A stretch of 64,000 nt of DNA from Chloroflexota bacterium (GCA_963663275.1 OY760183.1:2336001-2400000), one strand, 5' to 3'; shown: positions 10,005-19,905, counted from the stretch's first letter. Notes: generated from the letters alone by a model not told the origin. Translations and numbers: made by a program.

Positions 10005-11402
10005 ATGGCAGCGAGCGTTCGCATGGGGGCGGCAAAGGTCAACATCACCCCGCCGGTGGGTACCCATCTCGGAGGTTACGGCAATCGCCAGCGCCCATCC
10101 GACGACATCCACGACGAACTCTACGCCGCCGCGTACGTCTGTACGGACGGCGACACCACCGTTGCCGTCGTTGGCGCTGATCTCGTTGACATTTCTCTGG
10201 AGCGCACGCGCGCCGTGCGCCATAAGATCACGGCGCTGACCGGGATACCGGGCAGTCACGTCATGCTGGGCATGACCCACGCCCACAGCGGCCCGAATAC
10301 GAAAGATTGGGGAGCCGGCCTGCCGGGCGCGGGCGTGCCCTATCCCGGCGGCATCCCCGATGAAGAACTGACGTACGCGCTGCCGATCCTGGACCATGAC
10401 TACCTGGAAGAACTGGAAAACAAGCTGGCGGGCGTGGTGGCGATGGCGATGCAGGGGTTTCAATGCGTCGTGGGCGGCATCGGTACCGGGCAGTATGGCC
10501 TCGCCATCAACCGCCGGGGCGAGCGGGACGGGCACGTGGTCAACTCTCCGCGCCCGGAGGGCCTCGTGGACCACTCGCTGCCCGTGCTGCGCTTCGACAA
10601 TGAGCGCGGCGAACCGGCCGGGATCGTCTTCAACTACGCCTGCCACCCCACCAGCATGAGCGACAATTACGCCATCAGCGCCGACTATATTGGCCCTTCC
10701 CGCGCCTTTGTGGAAGACGTGTACGGCGCCGACTGCGTGGTGGGCTTTCTGCTGGGCTGCCACGGCGACATTCGCCCCAACTACACCGACGCAACCGGCC
10801 GCAGTTTTCGCTCGGCAATCTTTGCGGAATTGGAACGCGAAGGGCGCATCATGGGCGCGGAAGTGGTAAAGGTGCGGGAGGGCATCAGCCCCCAACGGTT
10901 GGACACCGTGGCGGCGGTAAGCACGCCCATCGTCGCGCCGTTCGCTGAGCCGCCGGCCGCCGACTACCTGCGCGCGGCGCTGGAAACGGGCGCGTTTCCC
11001 GATACCGGGAGGCAACTCCCGTTCTGCAAGGCCCGCTGGGCGCAGCGCATACTCCGCCAGCTTGAAGCGGGCACGTTGGCCGACGGCCTGGAAACCGAAC
11101 TCCAGGTCATTCGCGTCGGGCATCTGGTGTTCGTCGGCTTCCCCGGCGAGTTCTTTTTGGAATACGGTATGGAAATTCGCGCGCGGGTCAAGGACATCTA
11201 CGGCCTCGACGTGGTGCACGTGAGCATGGCGAACGACATGATCGGCTACGTGGCGTCGGACCGCGAAATCCCGCGCGGCGGCTACGAGGTCGGCTCTTAC
11301 CAGGACGACGAACTGGCCCCGGCGCACTACGCGCTGGGAACCCAAGGACTGTTCGTCAACCGCGCGCTGGAGCTTGTCGGAGAAACGTTGCCAGGCGAAT
11401 GA
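10005..11402 (+). CDS. Neutral/alkaline ceramidase-like hydrolase (paralogue)
   Basis: NITPP, IHDELYA, THAHSGP, NRR, NYACHPT, ISADY, PGEFF, GGYE. Confidence 0.82.
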   Translation: MAASVRMGAAKVNITPPVGTHLGGYGNRQRPSDDIHDELYAAAYVCTDGDTTVAVVGADLVDISLERTRAVRHKITALTGIPGSHVMLGMTHAHSGPNTKDWGAGLPGAGVPYPGGIPDEELTYALPILDHDYLEELENKLAGVVAMAMQGFQCVVGGIGTGQYGLAINRRGERDGHVVNSPRPEGLVDHSLPVLRFDNERGEPAGIVFNYACHPTSMSDNYAISADYIGPSRAFVEDVYGADCVVGFLLGCHGDIRPNYTDATGRSFRSAIFAELEREGRIMGAEVVKVREGISPQRLDTVAAVSTPIVAPFAEPPAADYLRAALETGAFPDTGRQLPFCKARWAQRILRQLEAGTLADGLETELQVIRVGHLVFVGFPGEFFLEYGMEIRARVKDIYGLDVVHVSMANDMIGYVASDREIPRGGYEVGSYQDDELAPAHYALGTQGLFVNRALELVGETLPGE

Positions 11403-11504
11403 ATTGCGCTCGGCCATCGCTGAGGCAGAAGGCCGCAGCCACATCGCCCTTCCTAATTTCGCGGCTGCCAATCTCTTTCATTCCCTCCAAACTCCCGGTT
11501 TTAT

Positions 11505-11590
11505 TCCGGTAGCGCAGGTCTGTTACCTGCGCCTGCGGTAGAGCGCGTTTGTCCCCTTACGCCTCCGGTAGCGCAGGTTTGTAACCTGCG
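11505..11590 (+). repeat. Two direct copies of family-2 REP
   Basis: TCCGGTAGCGCAGGTCTGTTACCTGCGC (11505) and TCCGGTAGCGCAGGTTTGTAACCTGCG (11564). Confidence 0.85.
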
Positions 11591-11746
11591 GGCCGGGCAA
11601 GAGTCACATCAACATAAATGTACGTCCGCGAGTGTGCGCTTCGGACAGCGCCAACGTCTTTCCGGCGCGCGCTACTTGAAGACCCCGCCTTCCCATGCTA
11701 TCGTTAGCCACGTCCTCCACCTAACCACCAGCCACCAAGTCTTCGT

Positions 11747-12739
11747 ATGGCCGCCACCGATTTACGCCGCGCGCAGACTCCCATCGAGCCCGGCATTCAC
11801 CTTCCCACGCTGGATCTTTGGCTTGACTCACGCCGGGTGAAGCCGGAGGGGTACATCTCGCACGCCCACAGCGATCACTTGGCATCGCACCACCTCGTGC
11901 TGGCCACCGCCGAGACGATTGCCTTGGCCGCGCAGCGCATGAAGCTGAAGCAGGCGCTGCCACTGCGCTACGGCGAGCCGCTGGAGCGGGACGGCTACAC
12001 CCTGACCCTCTTTTCCGCCGGCCACTGTCTGGGTTCGTCCCAGGTTGCCATAGACGTGCACGCGACCGGCGAGCGCATCGTGTACACCGGCGACCTGCAC
12101 CTGGGGCCTGACCGCTTTGGACAACCGGCAGCGCCCATCCCCTGCGATACGCTGATTCTGGATGCTACCTTTGGGCATCCGACGTACACATTTCCGCCTC
12201 GTGACAGCGTGATCGAAGAGGTGTGCGAATGGGTAAGCGAGACACTGCGCGACGGCGAAACGCCCGTGGTGCTCGCGTACAGCCTGGGCAAAGGGCAGGA
12301 GGCGCTCCATCTCTTGCTGGAGGCGGGCTTCTCCGTGCAGGTGAATGAATCCACGTACACGATGACGGCAGTCTACCGGCAAATGGGAGCGCGCTTCCCC
12401 GGCCAATTCACCCGTTGGCGCGGCACGCGGGAGGAAGGGACGGTGGTGCTGATGCCGCCCCACGTGCGCAACCGGCGCGATACGCTGGCCCTCATGCCGT
12501 ACCGCACGCTCCTGCTCAGCGGGTGGGCCGTCGATCCATCCTGCAAGTACCGGATGCGCGTCGATGAGGCGCTTCCGTTGAGCGACCACTGCGACTGGCA
12601 GCAACTCAACGACTACGTGGAACAGGCGTGGCCGGAACGGGTGTTCACGATGTTCGGCCCCCATCACTTTGCCGCGCACTTGCGCAATCAAGGCATGGAC
12701 GCCGTACCCCTCGAGGCCCGCCAACCGTCGCTCTTCTGA
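11747..12739 (+). CDS. MBL-fold beta-CASP-type exonuclease (SNM1/ligase-associated type)
   Basis: ISHAHSDH, AGHCLGS, YTGD, DATFG, AYSLGKGQE, LSDHCD. Confidence 0.85.
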   Translation: MAATDLRRAQTPIEPGIHLPTLDLWLDSRRVKPEGYISHAHSDHLASHHLVLATAETIALAAQRMKLKQALPLRYGEPLERDGYTLTLFSAGHCLGSSQVAIDVHATGERIVYTGDLHLGPDRFGQPAAPIPCDTLILDATFGHPTYTFPPRDSVIEEVCEWVSETLRDGETPVVLAYSLGKGQEALHLLLEAGFSVQVNESTYTMTAVYRQMGARFPGQFTRWRGTREEGTVVLMPPHVRNRRDTLALMPYRTLLLSGWAVDPSCKYRMRVDEALPLSDHCDWQQLNDYVEQAWPERVFTMFGPHHFAAHLRNQGMDAVPLEARQPSLF

Positions 12740-12948
12740 ACGGAATTGCGTCGCCAACGCCCGCGCATGGTCTTCTGCTGGAACGCGCCGATCACTTCCC
12801 TAACTGCGGGCCTTTAGGGGATAATGCACAGGAACAGGCGTCAGGCGCGACGCGAGCGCGGCCTTATGCTCGAGGCGCTGCAGGGAGCGGCTGCTAGTGG
12901 CCGCCAAGCAGGTATGCGTAATCGCAATTGAATTGAGGAGGTAGAGAA

Positions 12949-13734
12949 GTGGCTCAGGCACCAACCCTCGTAACAGACGAGGAACAGGCATTCTACGCGG
13001 AGAACGGCTATCTCCTGATCAAAGGCCTGGTCTCGGCGGAGGAAATTGCCGTCCTGAAGGAGCGGCTGGAGGCGTACATGTACGACCGCCAGCCCGTGCC
13101 GGATGGGGTCAGAATTCAGGTAGAACCCCGTGTCGAGCGCGGCGAAGTGCCCTGGCCGGAACGGCGCGGCGACGCGTACCGCAAGATCGACCGGCTCGTC
13201 ATTCACGACGACTGCTTTCGCGCGCTCGGGACAAAGTCGGAAGTGGTGGAGCGCATGCAGGCCCTGATCGGCAGTGAGAATCTCAAGCTCTTTCGCGACT
13301 CGGTGCTGATGAAACCGGCGCAGGTGGGTTCGGCCAAAGGGATGCACCAGGACTCTCCCTACTGGCCGATCGAGCCGATGGCATTGAGCTCCTGCTGGAT
13401 GCCCTTCGAGCCGGCTACCCCGGAGAACGGCTGCATTACGGCCATCCCCGGCAGCCACAAGCGCGGCGCGGTGCCTCATGAGCGCGTGCCGGACGACTTC
13501 ATCATCAACGAGAAGCACTACGACACCGCCGACGTGGTCGCCGTGCCGATGGAGGCGGGCGACGGCCTCTTCTTCCATAGCCTGCTGCTCCACGGCACCG
13601 CGCCCAATCTCACGGCGCAGTCGCGGCGGGCGATTACGATGAGCTACATGGCCGCAGAGTTTCACTACACCGGCCAGCCGCCCAAGCCGGACTATCTGCG
13701 GATCTGCGGACAAGACGTCCCCGGCGGGGTTTAG
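12949..13734 (+). CDS. Phytanoyl-CoA dioxygenase family Fe(II)/2OG oxygenase
   Basis: HQDSPYW, ENGC..IPGSH, LHGT..N...SRRA; SD GAGGAGG. Confidence 0.9.
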   Translation: MAQAPTLVTDEEQAFYAENGYLLIKGLVSAEEIAVLKERLEAYMYDRQPVPDGVRIQVEPRVERGEVPWPERRGDAYRKIDRLVIHDDCFRALGTKSEVVERMQALIGSENLKLFRDSVLMKPAQVGSAKGMHQDSPYWPIEPMALSSCWMPFEPATPENGCITAIPGSHKRGAVPHERVPDDFIINEKHYDTADVVAVPMEAGDGLFFHSLLLHGTAPNLTAQSRRAITMSYMAAEFHYTGQPPKPDYLRICGQDVPGGV

Positions 13735-13848
13735 GAAACGGATTTCCTGGCTTGCCAGGAGAGAACGCCGCGGCGCAGTTCAAGCTGCTTGTGCCAGGAT
13801 TGCGTCCGCATTGTGCGCCACGTCTGCCCAGTGACCCGACGCGAGGAG

Positions 13849-13949
13849 GCGGGGGACAAGCCCCCGCGCTACGTTAGAGCGACAGCACTGGGGACCAAAC
13901 CCCGCGCTACGTTAGTGCGACAGCACTGGGGACAAGCCCCCGCGCTACG
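13849..13949 (-). repeat. Three tandem family-1 REP copies in reverse orientation
   Basis: GCGGGGGACAAGCCCCCGCGCTACG and two variants; linkers resemble 2806-2825. Confidence 0.85.
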
Positions 13950-14031
13950 GCGTGTTCGCCTTGACGATTGTAGACTGATGCGTAGACGCCAACGGAGTCT
14001 CGGCGCTTAGACGGCTGAATGGAGAATACCC

Positions 14032-15774
14032 TTGGCTTCAACCTCAACCCGCTTGAACGAGAACATCCGCTACGAACCGGACGAGCGCTGTTCGCTAATC
14101 GTAGCCGCGGCCGTCGGTGCGCAAGGCGTCCTGATCGTCGTGGCGCCGGCCGTGCTGATCGTGGCGATCACCGCCGTCGCGTCCGGCCAGGATGAGCGCT
14201 ACTTGACGTGGGCGGTGTTCGCCTCGCTCATCATCGGTGGGGCCGCTACCGCGCTCCAGGCGGCGGGAATCGGTTGGCTGGGAACGCGCCATCTGCTCAT
14301 AACGGGCACGACGCCGAACTATGTCGCCGTCTCGGTCCTGGCGCTCCAGGCGGGCGGCCCGGCCGCATTGGCGAGCCTCATCGTCCTTTCATCGTTCTTC
14401 TACTTGGCAATTGCGGCTTGGCTGCCCCGGCTGCGCCGCATCATCACGCCGGCCGTCTCCGGCACGGTACTCATGCTGATCGCCACCATGATTCTGCCCG
14501 TCGCGTTCGACCGTTTGAAGGAAGTGCCCGCGGGCACGCCGGTCATTGCCGGACCGGGTGTGGCAATGGTAACGCTCATCGTCACCGTCGTGCTGGCCCT
14601 GCGCGCTCCGGCGAAGTGGCGGCTCTGGTCGCCGCTGCTCGGCATCGGGGCCGGCTGCCTGGCGGCGGCGCTCTTTGGCATGTACGACCTGGAACGAGTG
14701 CGCGCGGCGCCGTGGATTGGCGCTCCCACTGGCGGCATTCCGGGTCTTGATCTCACGCCAAGCGCGGCGGTCTGGGCGTTGCTGCCCATGTTCCTGATCG
14801 TGACGCTGGTGCAAGCGATCAAGACGATTGGCGACGCGGTGGCCGTGCAGCAGGCGTCCCAGCGCAGACCGCGGGCGCTCGATTTTCGCTTAATCCAGGG
14901 CGCGCTCTACGCCAACGGCTTGGGCATTCTGCTGTCGGGTCTCGCCGGCACGCCGCCCTCCAGCGCCTATTCGTCCTCCACCGTCTCGCTCATCAATCTC
15001 ACCGGAGTGGCTGCCCGCCGGGTGGCCTACGCCGTTGGGATCATCTTCCTCATTCTGGCGCTCTTTCCCAAGGTGACCGGCCTGCTGCTGACGATTCCCA
15101 ATCCCATCATGGGGGCGTTCCTGTTGGTGGCGATTGGGATTCTCTTCTTCGAGGGCATTCGCACCATCGCGCGGTCTGGCCTCAACTATCAAGACGCCCT
15201 TGTCGTGGGCTTATCGTTTTCCATTGGCGTCGGATTGCAGCACCAGAACATCTTCGAGGGCATTCTGAACCCGCCGTGGGATACGTTGATCGGCAACGGC
15301 ATTACCGTCGGCGCGGCGGTGGCCATTGGGATGACCGTGTTGCTGGATCTGACCGGCCCGCGGCGCAGACGCCTGGAGGCGCGGTTGGACATGGCAGACC
15401 TGCCCCGGATTGACGCTTTCCTGCAGGAGATTGCGGTCAAGTTGCGCTGGAATGAGGCTTCCACCGAACGCCTGCGGGCCGCGGGTGAGGAGACGCTGGC
15501 AAGCCTATTGCAGCCTGGCAATGCCTATCCCACCGAGAACGCGCCGCGCCTGCTCATCGCCGCGCGCCCCGAGGGCGCCGCCGTGGAAATGGAATTCCTG
15601 GCGGTTTTCGACGAAGAGAATCTGGAAGACCGTCTCGCGCACCTTGACGAACAGGATGAAGCCTCAGACGAAAGGGAAATGTCCTTTCGCCTGCTGCGGC
15701 ACCACGCCGACGCGGTTCAGCATCAGAAGTACCACGGCATAGACATCGTTACGGTGCGCGTTGAAGGCGCGTAG
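14032..15774 (+). CDS. NCS2 (xanthine/uracil permease-like) transporter with extra C-terminal cytoplasmic domain; SupE-like
   Basis: Many TM segments, RIITPAVSG, GVAARRV, LFPK, IPNPIMG; ~135-aa soluble tail. Confidence 0.8.
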   Translation: MASTSTRLNENIRYEPDERCSLIVAAAVGAQGVLIVVAPAVLIVAITAVASGQDERYLTWAVFASLIIGGAATALQAAGIGWLGTRHLLITGTTPNYVAVSVLALQAGGPAALASLIVLSSFFYLAIAAWLPRLRRIITPAVSGTVLMLIATMILPVAFDRLKEVPAGTPVIAGPGVAMVTLIVTVVLALRAPAKWRLWSPLLGIGAGCLAAALFGMYDLERVRAAPWIGAPTGGIPGLDLTPSAAVWALLPMFLIVTLVQAIKTIGDAVAVQQASQRRPRALDFRLIQGALYANGLGILLSGLAGTPPSSAYSSSTVSLINLTGVAARRVAYAVGIIFLILALFPKVTGLLLTIPNPIMGAFLLVAIGILFFEGIRTIARSGLNYQDALVVGLSFSIGVGLQHQNIFEGILNPPWDTLIGNGITVGAAVAIGMTVLLDLTGPRRRRLEARLDMADLPRIDAFLQEIAVKLRWNEASTERLRAAGEETLASLLQPGNAYPTENAPRLLIAARPEGAAVEMEFLAVFDEENLEDRLAHLDEQDEASDEREMSFRLLRHHADAVQHQKYHGIDIVTVRVEGA

Positions 15775-15821
15775 CGGCGGAGAACCGGGCTGCCGCGAGG
15801 TTGGGCCGAAAGGAAAAGAAA

Positions 15822-16730
15822 CTAGGCGTGCTCAATCTGAGCGACGAACTCACGCACGACCGCGGCGCATTCTTCCGGTTGCTCTAGCTGGAGAAAGTGC
15901 GTGGTATCGGGTAGGAAGTCGTAGTCCACGCTCAGAATGTCGGAGAGGTCGAGTGTCGGGAGGTACGAGTAGGGCAACGTGGGGTCGGCGCCAATGACCT
16001 TGATGGGACACTGGAACTTTCCAAAGTCCACGAGCACGGCGTACGGGCTGGCGTAATCGACGATCTGCGCTTCATACTCCCTTGGACATCGCAACTCGTA
16101 CCCCGGCTCCCCTGCGCTCTTGCGCAGCGTGGCGCTAGCCACAAGCTCGATCGTCCCGGGCACGGTATGTTGGAACGTCGGCGAAAAGCCCAGGAGTTCC
16201 ACGAAATCCTCCCGGCTCTTGAACCGAGCCGTGCGGCGGCGCGCGTGTCCCGCCGTGCGCGTCGCCGCCGCGTCGAAATCTTCATAACTGGCACCGGGCT
16301 TGCACAGGGGTGGATCGAAGAGGATCAAGGCTGCGTGGCGGCTTCCCTTGGTAGGCGAAACCAGCGTCGAGAGGGAGGATACGGAGTGGTAGACACCGAT
16401 CGGGGGCTTTTCGCCGAAGTGGCAGTCGAGCGCATCGAGAATGAGATCGTGGTCGTGGGCGAACGTGGCGATGGTATGCTCCCGCGCCGACGTGACGGCA
16501 TTCCAGCCGTGGTTTCGCAGGTCGTGGACGATCACGTCGAACTCGTCGCACAGGAGCGACCAGAAGGGATAGTAGAGGTCGATTGCCAGCCCGTTGCCGT
16601 GGCTGAGCACGAGCCGGGGGCCCGCCGGATTGCCGTGGCGGCGCAGGGTGATGACGGTTTCGTCATCCACGCGCACGTCCAGCGTGGAGATGGGGTCAGG
16701 TACGTTCCAGTTGGATTCCGCTTCCGCCAT
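15822..16730 (-). CDS. Alpha/beta hydrolase; SupD-like
   Basis: LSHGNG, HDLRNHG, nucleophile elbow YHSVS, THFLQLEQP. Confidence 0.85.
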   Translation of the reverse strand: MAEAESNWNVPDPISTLDVRVDDETVITLRRHGNPAGPRLVLSHGNGLAIDLYYPFWSLLCDEFDVIVHDLRNHGWNAVTSAREHTIATFAHDHDLILDALDCHFGEKPPIGVYHSVSSLSTLVSPTKGSRHAALILFDPPLCKPGASYEDFDAAATRTAGHARRRTARFKSREDFVELLGFSPTFQHTVPGTIELVASATLRKSAGEPGYELRCPREYEAQIVDYASPYAVLVDFGKFQCPIKVIGADPTLPYSYLPTLDLSDILSVDYDFLPDTTHFLQLEQPEECAAVVREFVAQIEHA

Positions 16731-16737
16731 CGAACCC

Positions 16738-17466
16738 CTAGTCTTTCAGCGCCGGGGTTTCCGACGCTGTATACGCGACGGCTGCCGCGAAATCACGATT
16801 GCCGAGGTCCTCAACGTGCCAGATGGCGCCGGACACCTGGGGCAATCGCATCGTGCTCTTTCTAACGCCGCGAAGCATAGGCGGCGGCATCTTAATGCGG
16901 GTCGCGTCCAACCGGAACCCCTTTCCCAGGGCCTTGAGCAGCGCCTCTTTGAGCGTCCAGAGCTTGAAGAACAGGTAGACCCTCGCGCGTCCTTGGGCCG
17001 CGGCCAGCGCGTCCTGTTCTTCCTTGGCCAGCACGGTCTCGATGAGCAAGTCTAGGTTGCGCTGGGGGTCCCGCTCCTCCACGTCCACACCCACCTGCCC
17101 GGACGGGGCAATTGCAACCAGCCCGTGCCGTCCACTGTGGCTCACGTTGAAGCTGATTGCGACCGGTTCCCCACGGATGAGGGCAAACGGTTTGCCGTGG
17201 CGGGCGATCCCGAAGGCAAGGCGCTCGTTCTCGCAGCCGAGTTGCTGGCAGAGTTCGGCGCGGAGCGCGGCGCGGCATAGCGCAAACCGGCGGCGCGGCC
17301 CGTCAAACGCAAACCGCCGCAACCGGGACTGCTCTTGCTCATCCAGCCACGCCAGCGCCGCCGCTTCCCGATCCGTGTGAGGCGATAGATCTACGTGAAA
17401 CACGTCTACCCGCCCACTACTGACAAACGGAACCGACCACTCCTCAGATACCGGCGCGCGTGACAT
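16738..17466 (-). CDS. Sfp-type 4'-phosphopantetheinyl transferase; SupC-like
   Basis: HGKP, FNVSHS, VGVDVE, FFKLWTLKEALLKALG. Confidence 0.93.
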   Translation of the reverse strand: MSRAPVSEEWSVPFVSSGRVDVFHVDLSPHTDREAAALAWLDEQEQSRLRRFAFDGPRRRFALCRAALRAELCQQLGCENERLAFGIARHGKPFALIRGEPVAISFNVSHSGRHGLVAIAPSGQVGVDVEERDPQRNLDLLIETVLAKEEQDALAAAQGRARVYLFFKLWTLKEALLKALGKGFRLDATRIKMPPPMLRGVRKSTMRLPQVSGAIWHVEDLGNRDFAAAVAYTASETPALKD

Positions 17467-17557
17467 AGCTGCCCCGTCTCCGGGTGGACTATTGCTCCCG
17501 AAGTTAGGCGACGCGCTGCCGCATTGCTGCCGTCGCGCGGGTTTCAGTTCAGCGCGC

Positions 17558-17794
17558 CTAGGAGTCGAGAAAGTCGATCAACTGTTGGAGGTTCTCGATG
17601 CTCGGGCAATCTTCGGCCGTGAGCGAGACGTTGAACTCCTGAGCGACCACCTTGCCAAATGACAAAATGTCCATGGACGATACGCCGGCGTCCGCCAGGC
17701 TGGTTGTCAGGTCCAGCGAGGCGCTGAGCGGCTTGCCGTCCACTTCGAGATTATCTGCCACGAGTTGTCGGATGCGTGCCTCAGTTGAAGCCAT
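17558..17794 (-). CDS. Stand-alone acyl carrier protein; SupB-like
   Basis: 78 aa acidic helical protein, LADAGVSSMD (GxDS variant), EF.V, IENLQQLIDFL; SD GGAGAGG. Confidence 0.8.
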   Translation of the reverse strand: MASTEARIRQLVADNLEVDGKPLSASLDLTTSLADAGVSSMDILSFGKVVAQEFNVSLTAEDCPSIENLQQLIDFLDS

Positions 17795-17847
17795 GAAAGG
17801 CCCTCTCCTCAGTGTAGGTACAGGATACACAGTTTGGTACTACTGGC

Positions 17848-17891
17848 AGAATAGCAAGAGAGTCACGCGTAGTCAACACTGCGTGACTCTC
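17848..17891 (-). promoter_or_regulatory. Sigma70-type promoter of the ACP operon with an 11-bp inverted repeat around the -35
   Basis: TTGACT (17871-17876), 17 bp, TG-c-TATTCT (17848-17853); IR GAGAGTCACGC-N12-GCGTGACTCTC (17858-17891). Confidence 0.6.
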
Positions 17892-17989
17892 CCGCTATCC
17901 TGCTTCTCGCTTGCGCAGGCCGCGCTGACCGGATACCGGAACCGACCTACTCCTTGCAGAGGCTTTCCGGTCGCGGCGCGCTACCGAGA

Positions 17990-19387
17990 CTACTCGTTGT
18001 AGAACGCCTGGATATCCGGTTCCTGGAGCACGGCGTCCCAGCGCGCGGCAACGTTGTCGAGCGCGTCGCGGGCGTCGAGTTCACCGGCGCCGGCCTTTGC
18101 CAACTCTTCCAGGATGATCGGGCGCATCTTGTCCCAACCCGGAATCGGCTGGCGGCCGAGGCCCACGTTCTGCAGGTTGCTCAGCAGACCTGAAAGGTAT
18201 GTGTTTTCCTGCACGTAGGCCGCTTTTCCAGCCACGGACACGCGCGGCGGCAGGAAGAACGTCAATTCGTCATAGGCGATGAGCACGTCGTCCTCATGCA
18301 CCGTCAGCAGCAAGTCCCACGTCACATCGGGGTTCTTGGTGGCGGCGGCCATGCCCAGCCAGTCGTTGAACGAGAGGCTCACGGCACGCTGGTCGCCCAT
18401 GGGCTCCGGCGCCACGAATATCTCGTCGACAATTTCCGGCGCGTCAGTCGTTACGCGGCGGCCAATGGCGGCGTTGCCCCAAATCATGGATACGTAGCCG
18501 CCGGCGTAGCCGGCGCCGTAACCGCTGAATTCCGGTCCAACGTACGACGACCCGTGGGGATTGAAGCCCAGCTTGCGGCGCAACTGGAATTCCAGACCCG
18601 CAATCGCTTCCGGCCCATTGACGAAACCGGACGCCTTGCCGTTAGTGACCCACTGCACGCCGTTAGACTCGACGATGCCGTTCAACTCGGCTTCTTCCGG
18701 GTCGCGGCCGAGATTGCCCGGGCTGAAGCCGTAGCGCTCGATCTCCTTGCCGAGCACCTTCCACTTTGTCATGGTGGTGGCAAAGTCGGATTGATCGTCC
18801 ATCGTCCACGCGGTGGGCGGCGTGAGACCGGCCTCAGCCATGTGGTCGTGGCGGATCCAATACGAGCGGTTGGCTGCCATCATGGGCATGCCCTGCAACT
18901 GCCCTTTCACGCGCACCGTATCCAGCGTGCTGGGCAGGAAGTCCGGCTCCATGCCCCACGTGGCAAAGTAGGGATTAAGCGGAATGGACAGGCCCGCCAT
19001 GTAGATGGAAGGCGCGATGGCCTGTCCCATCTTGAAGAGATCGGGCATTTGACCGGCGGCCAGGCCGACCGAGAGTTCTACAAACGTATGCGCTTGCCCG
19101 CCCGTGCGTGGGGTGAAAACGACCTTGCCGTTGGGATACCTTGCCTGGAAGCGTTCGTTCAGAATGCCTTCCACCCAGGGCTGCCAGCGGCCGCCGTCCT
19201 GGACGCTGAGTTCCACGGCCTCGGTCTTTGGGCCGGCTTCCGCCGCCGGTTCGGCCGCCTTCGGTTGGTCGCCGTCCGTCTCACCGGTCTGCGACTGCAC
19301 TTGTCCGCAGGCAACCAGCAACCCAAAGGCGCTTGTGGCAGCCCCTGCGCCCAGTAGACCGCGGCGTGTAATGCGCATGTCTCGCAT
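17990..19387 (-). CDS. ABC extracellular solute-binding lipoprotein (carbohydrate type), Tat signal
   Basis: TRRGLL Tat motif, LVAC lipobox, AGQMPDL; no permease next to it. Confidence 0.85.
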   Translation of the reverse strand: MRDMRITRRGLLGAGAATSAFGLLVACGQVQSQTGETDGDQPKAAEPAAEAGPKTEAVELSVQDGGRWQPWVEGILNERFQARYPNGKVVFTPRTGGQAHTFVELSVGLAAGQMPDLFKMGQAIAPSIYMAGLSIPLNPYFATWGMEPDFLPSTLDTVRVKGQLQGMPMMAANRSYWIRHDHMAEAGLTPPTAWTMDDQSDFATTMTKWKVLGKEIERYGFSPGNLGRDPEEAELNGIVESNGVQWVTNGKASGFVNGPEAIAGLEFQLRRKLGFNPHGSSYVGPEFSGYGAGYAGGYVSMIWGNAAIGRRVTTDAPEIVDEIFVAPEPMGDQRAVSLSFNDWLGMAAATKNPDVTWDLLLTVHEDDVLIAYDELTFFLPPRVSVAGKAAYVQENTYLSGLLSNLQNVGLGRQPIPGWDKMRPIILEELAKAGAGELDARDALDNVAARWDAVLQEPDIQAFYNE

Positions 19388-19635
19388 CGTGCATTCCCCC
19401 TTCTCTAAGGTGCGCTGTAACTCTCCAATCCCAAAAAGCGGCATTCCACTCCCGTGCGGCTCTTGCCGCCTTGCGCACACTGTACACAGCTTTGCGCTAG
19501 CAGGTCAAGTGTCTGAACACCGGAGGGGTATGGCAACAGGACCGCCCGATTGTAGTACCGAAAAGGCCTCCTGGCCTCACGTGAGACCATCGACAGTAGC
19601 ACTCCCGGCGAGGCAAATGAACCCCTCTCCCTGAC

Positions 19636-19779
19636 TGACTGGGATATGCAAATGTCATTCCGAGCGGAGCGAGGAATCTAAGATGCTGATTGTGCGGGGC
19701 TGTACTCTGGATTCCTCACTCCGCTGCGCTCCGTTCGGAATGACACGTGAAATCAGTCATTGAATACATACCCCTATCA
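19636..19779. mobile_element. MITE copy 1 (144 bp), inserted in a CCTCTCCC hairpin repeat
   Basis: Ends TGACTGGGATATGCA / TACATACCCCTATCA; ends and inner palindrome arms match 58205-58349 in reverse orientation; CCTCTCCC on both flanks. Confidence 0.72.
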
Positions 19780-19905
19780 TCCTCTCCCCGGAGAGAGGGC
19801 CGGGGTGAGAGGGAAATGGCGTCCAACCGGCGGTTTGCCACTGCGGAAGCGCCCTGCTACACTCATGCCAGCATTTCACGTTTGCAGACTGAGGAGTAAC
19901 CGGAC

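Noticed and set aside
8715-11471. 918-aa antisense ORF
   Set aside because: Shadow of two well-supported plus-strand genes in high-GC DNA; no motifs. The same applies to the other long antisense ORFs
12865-12915. SAH-riboswitch-like GAGGCGCTGCA upstream of the dioxygenase
   Set aside because: CCAGGCTC strand and pseudoknot partner not found; downstream gene does not fit
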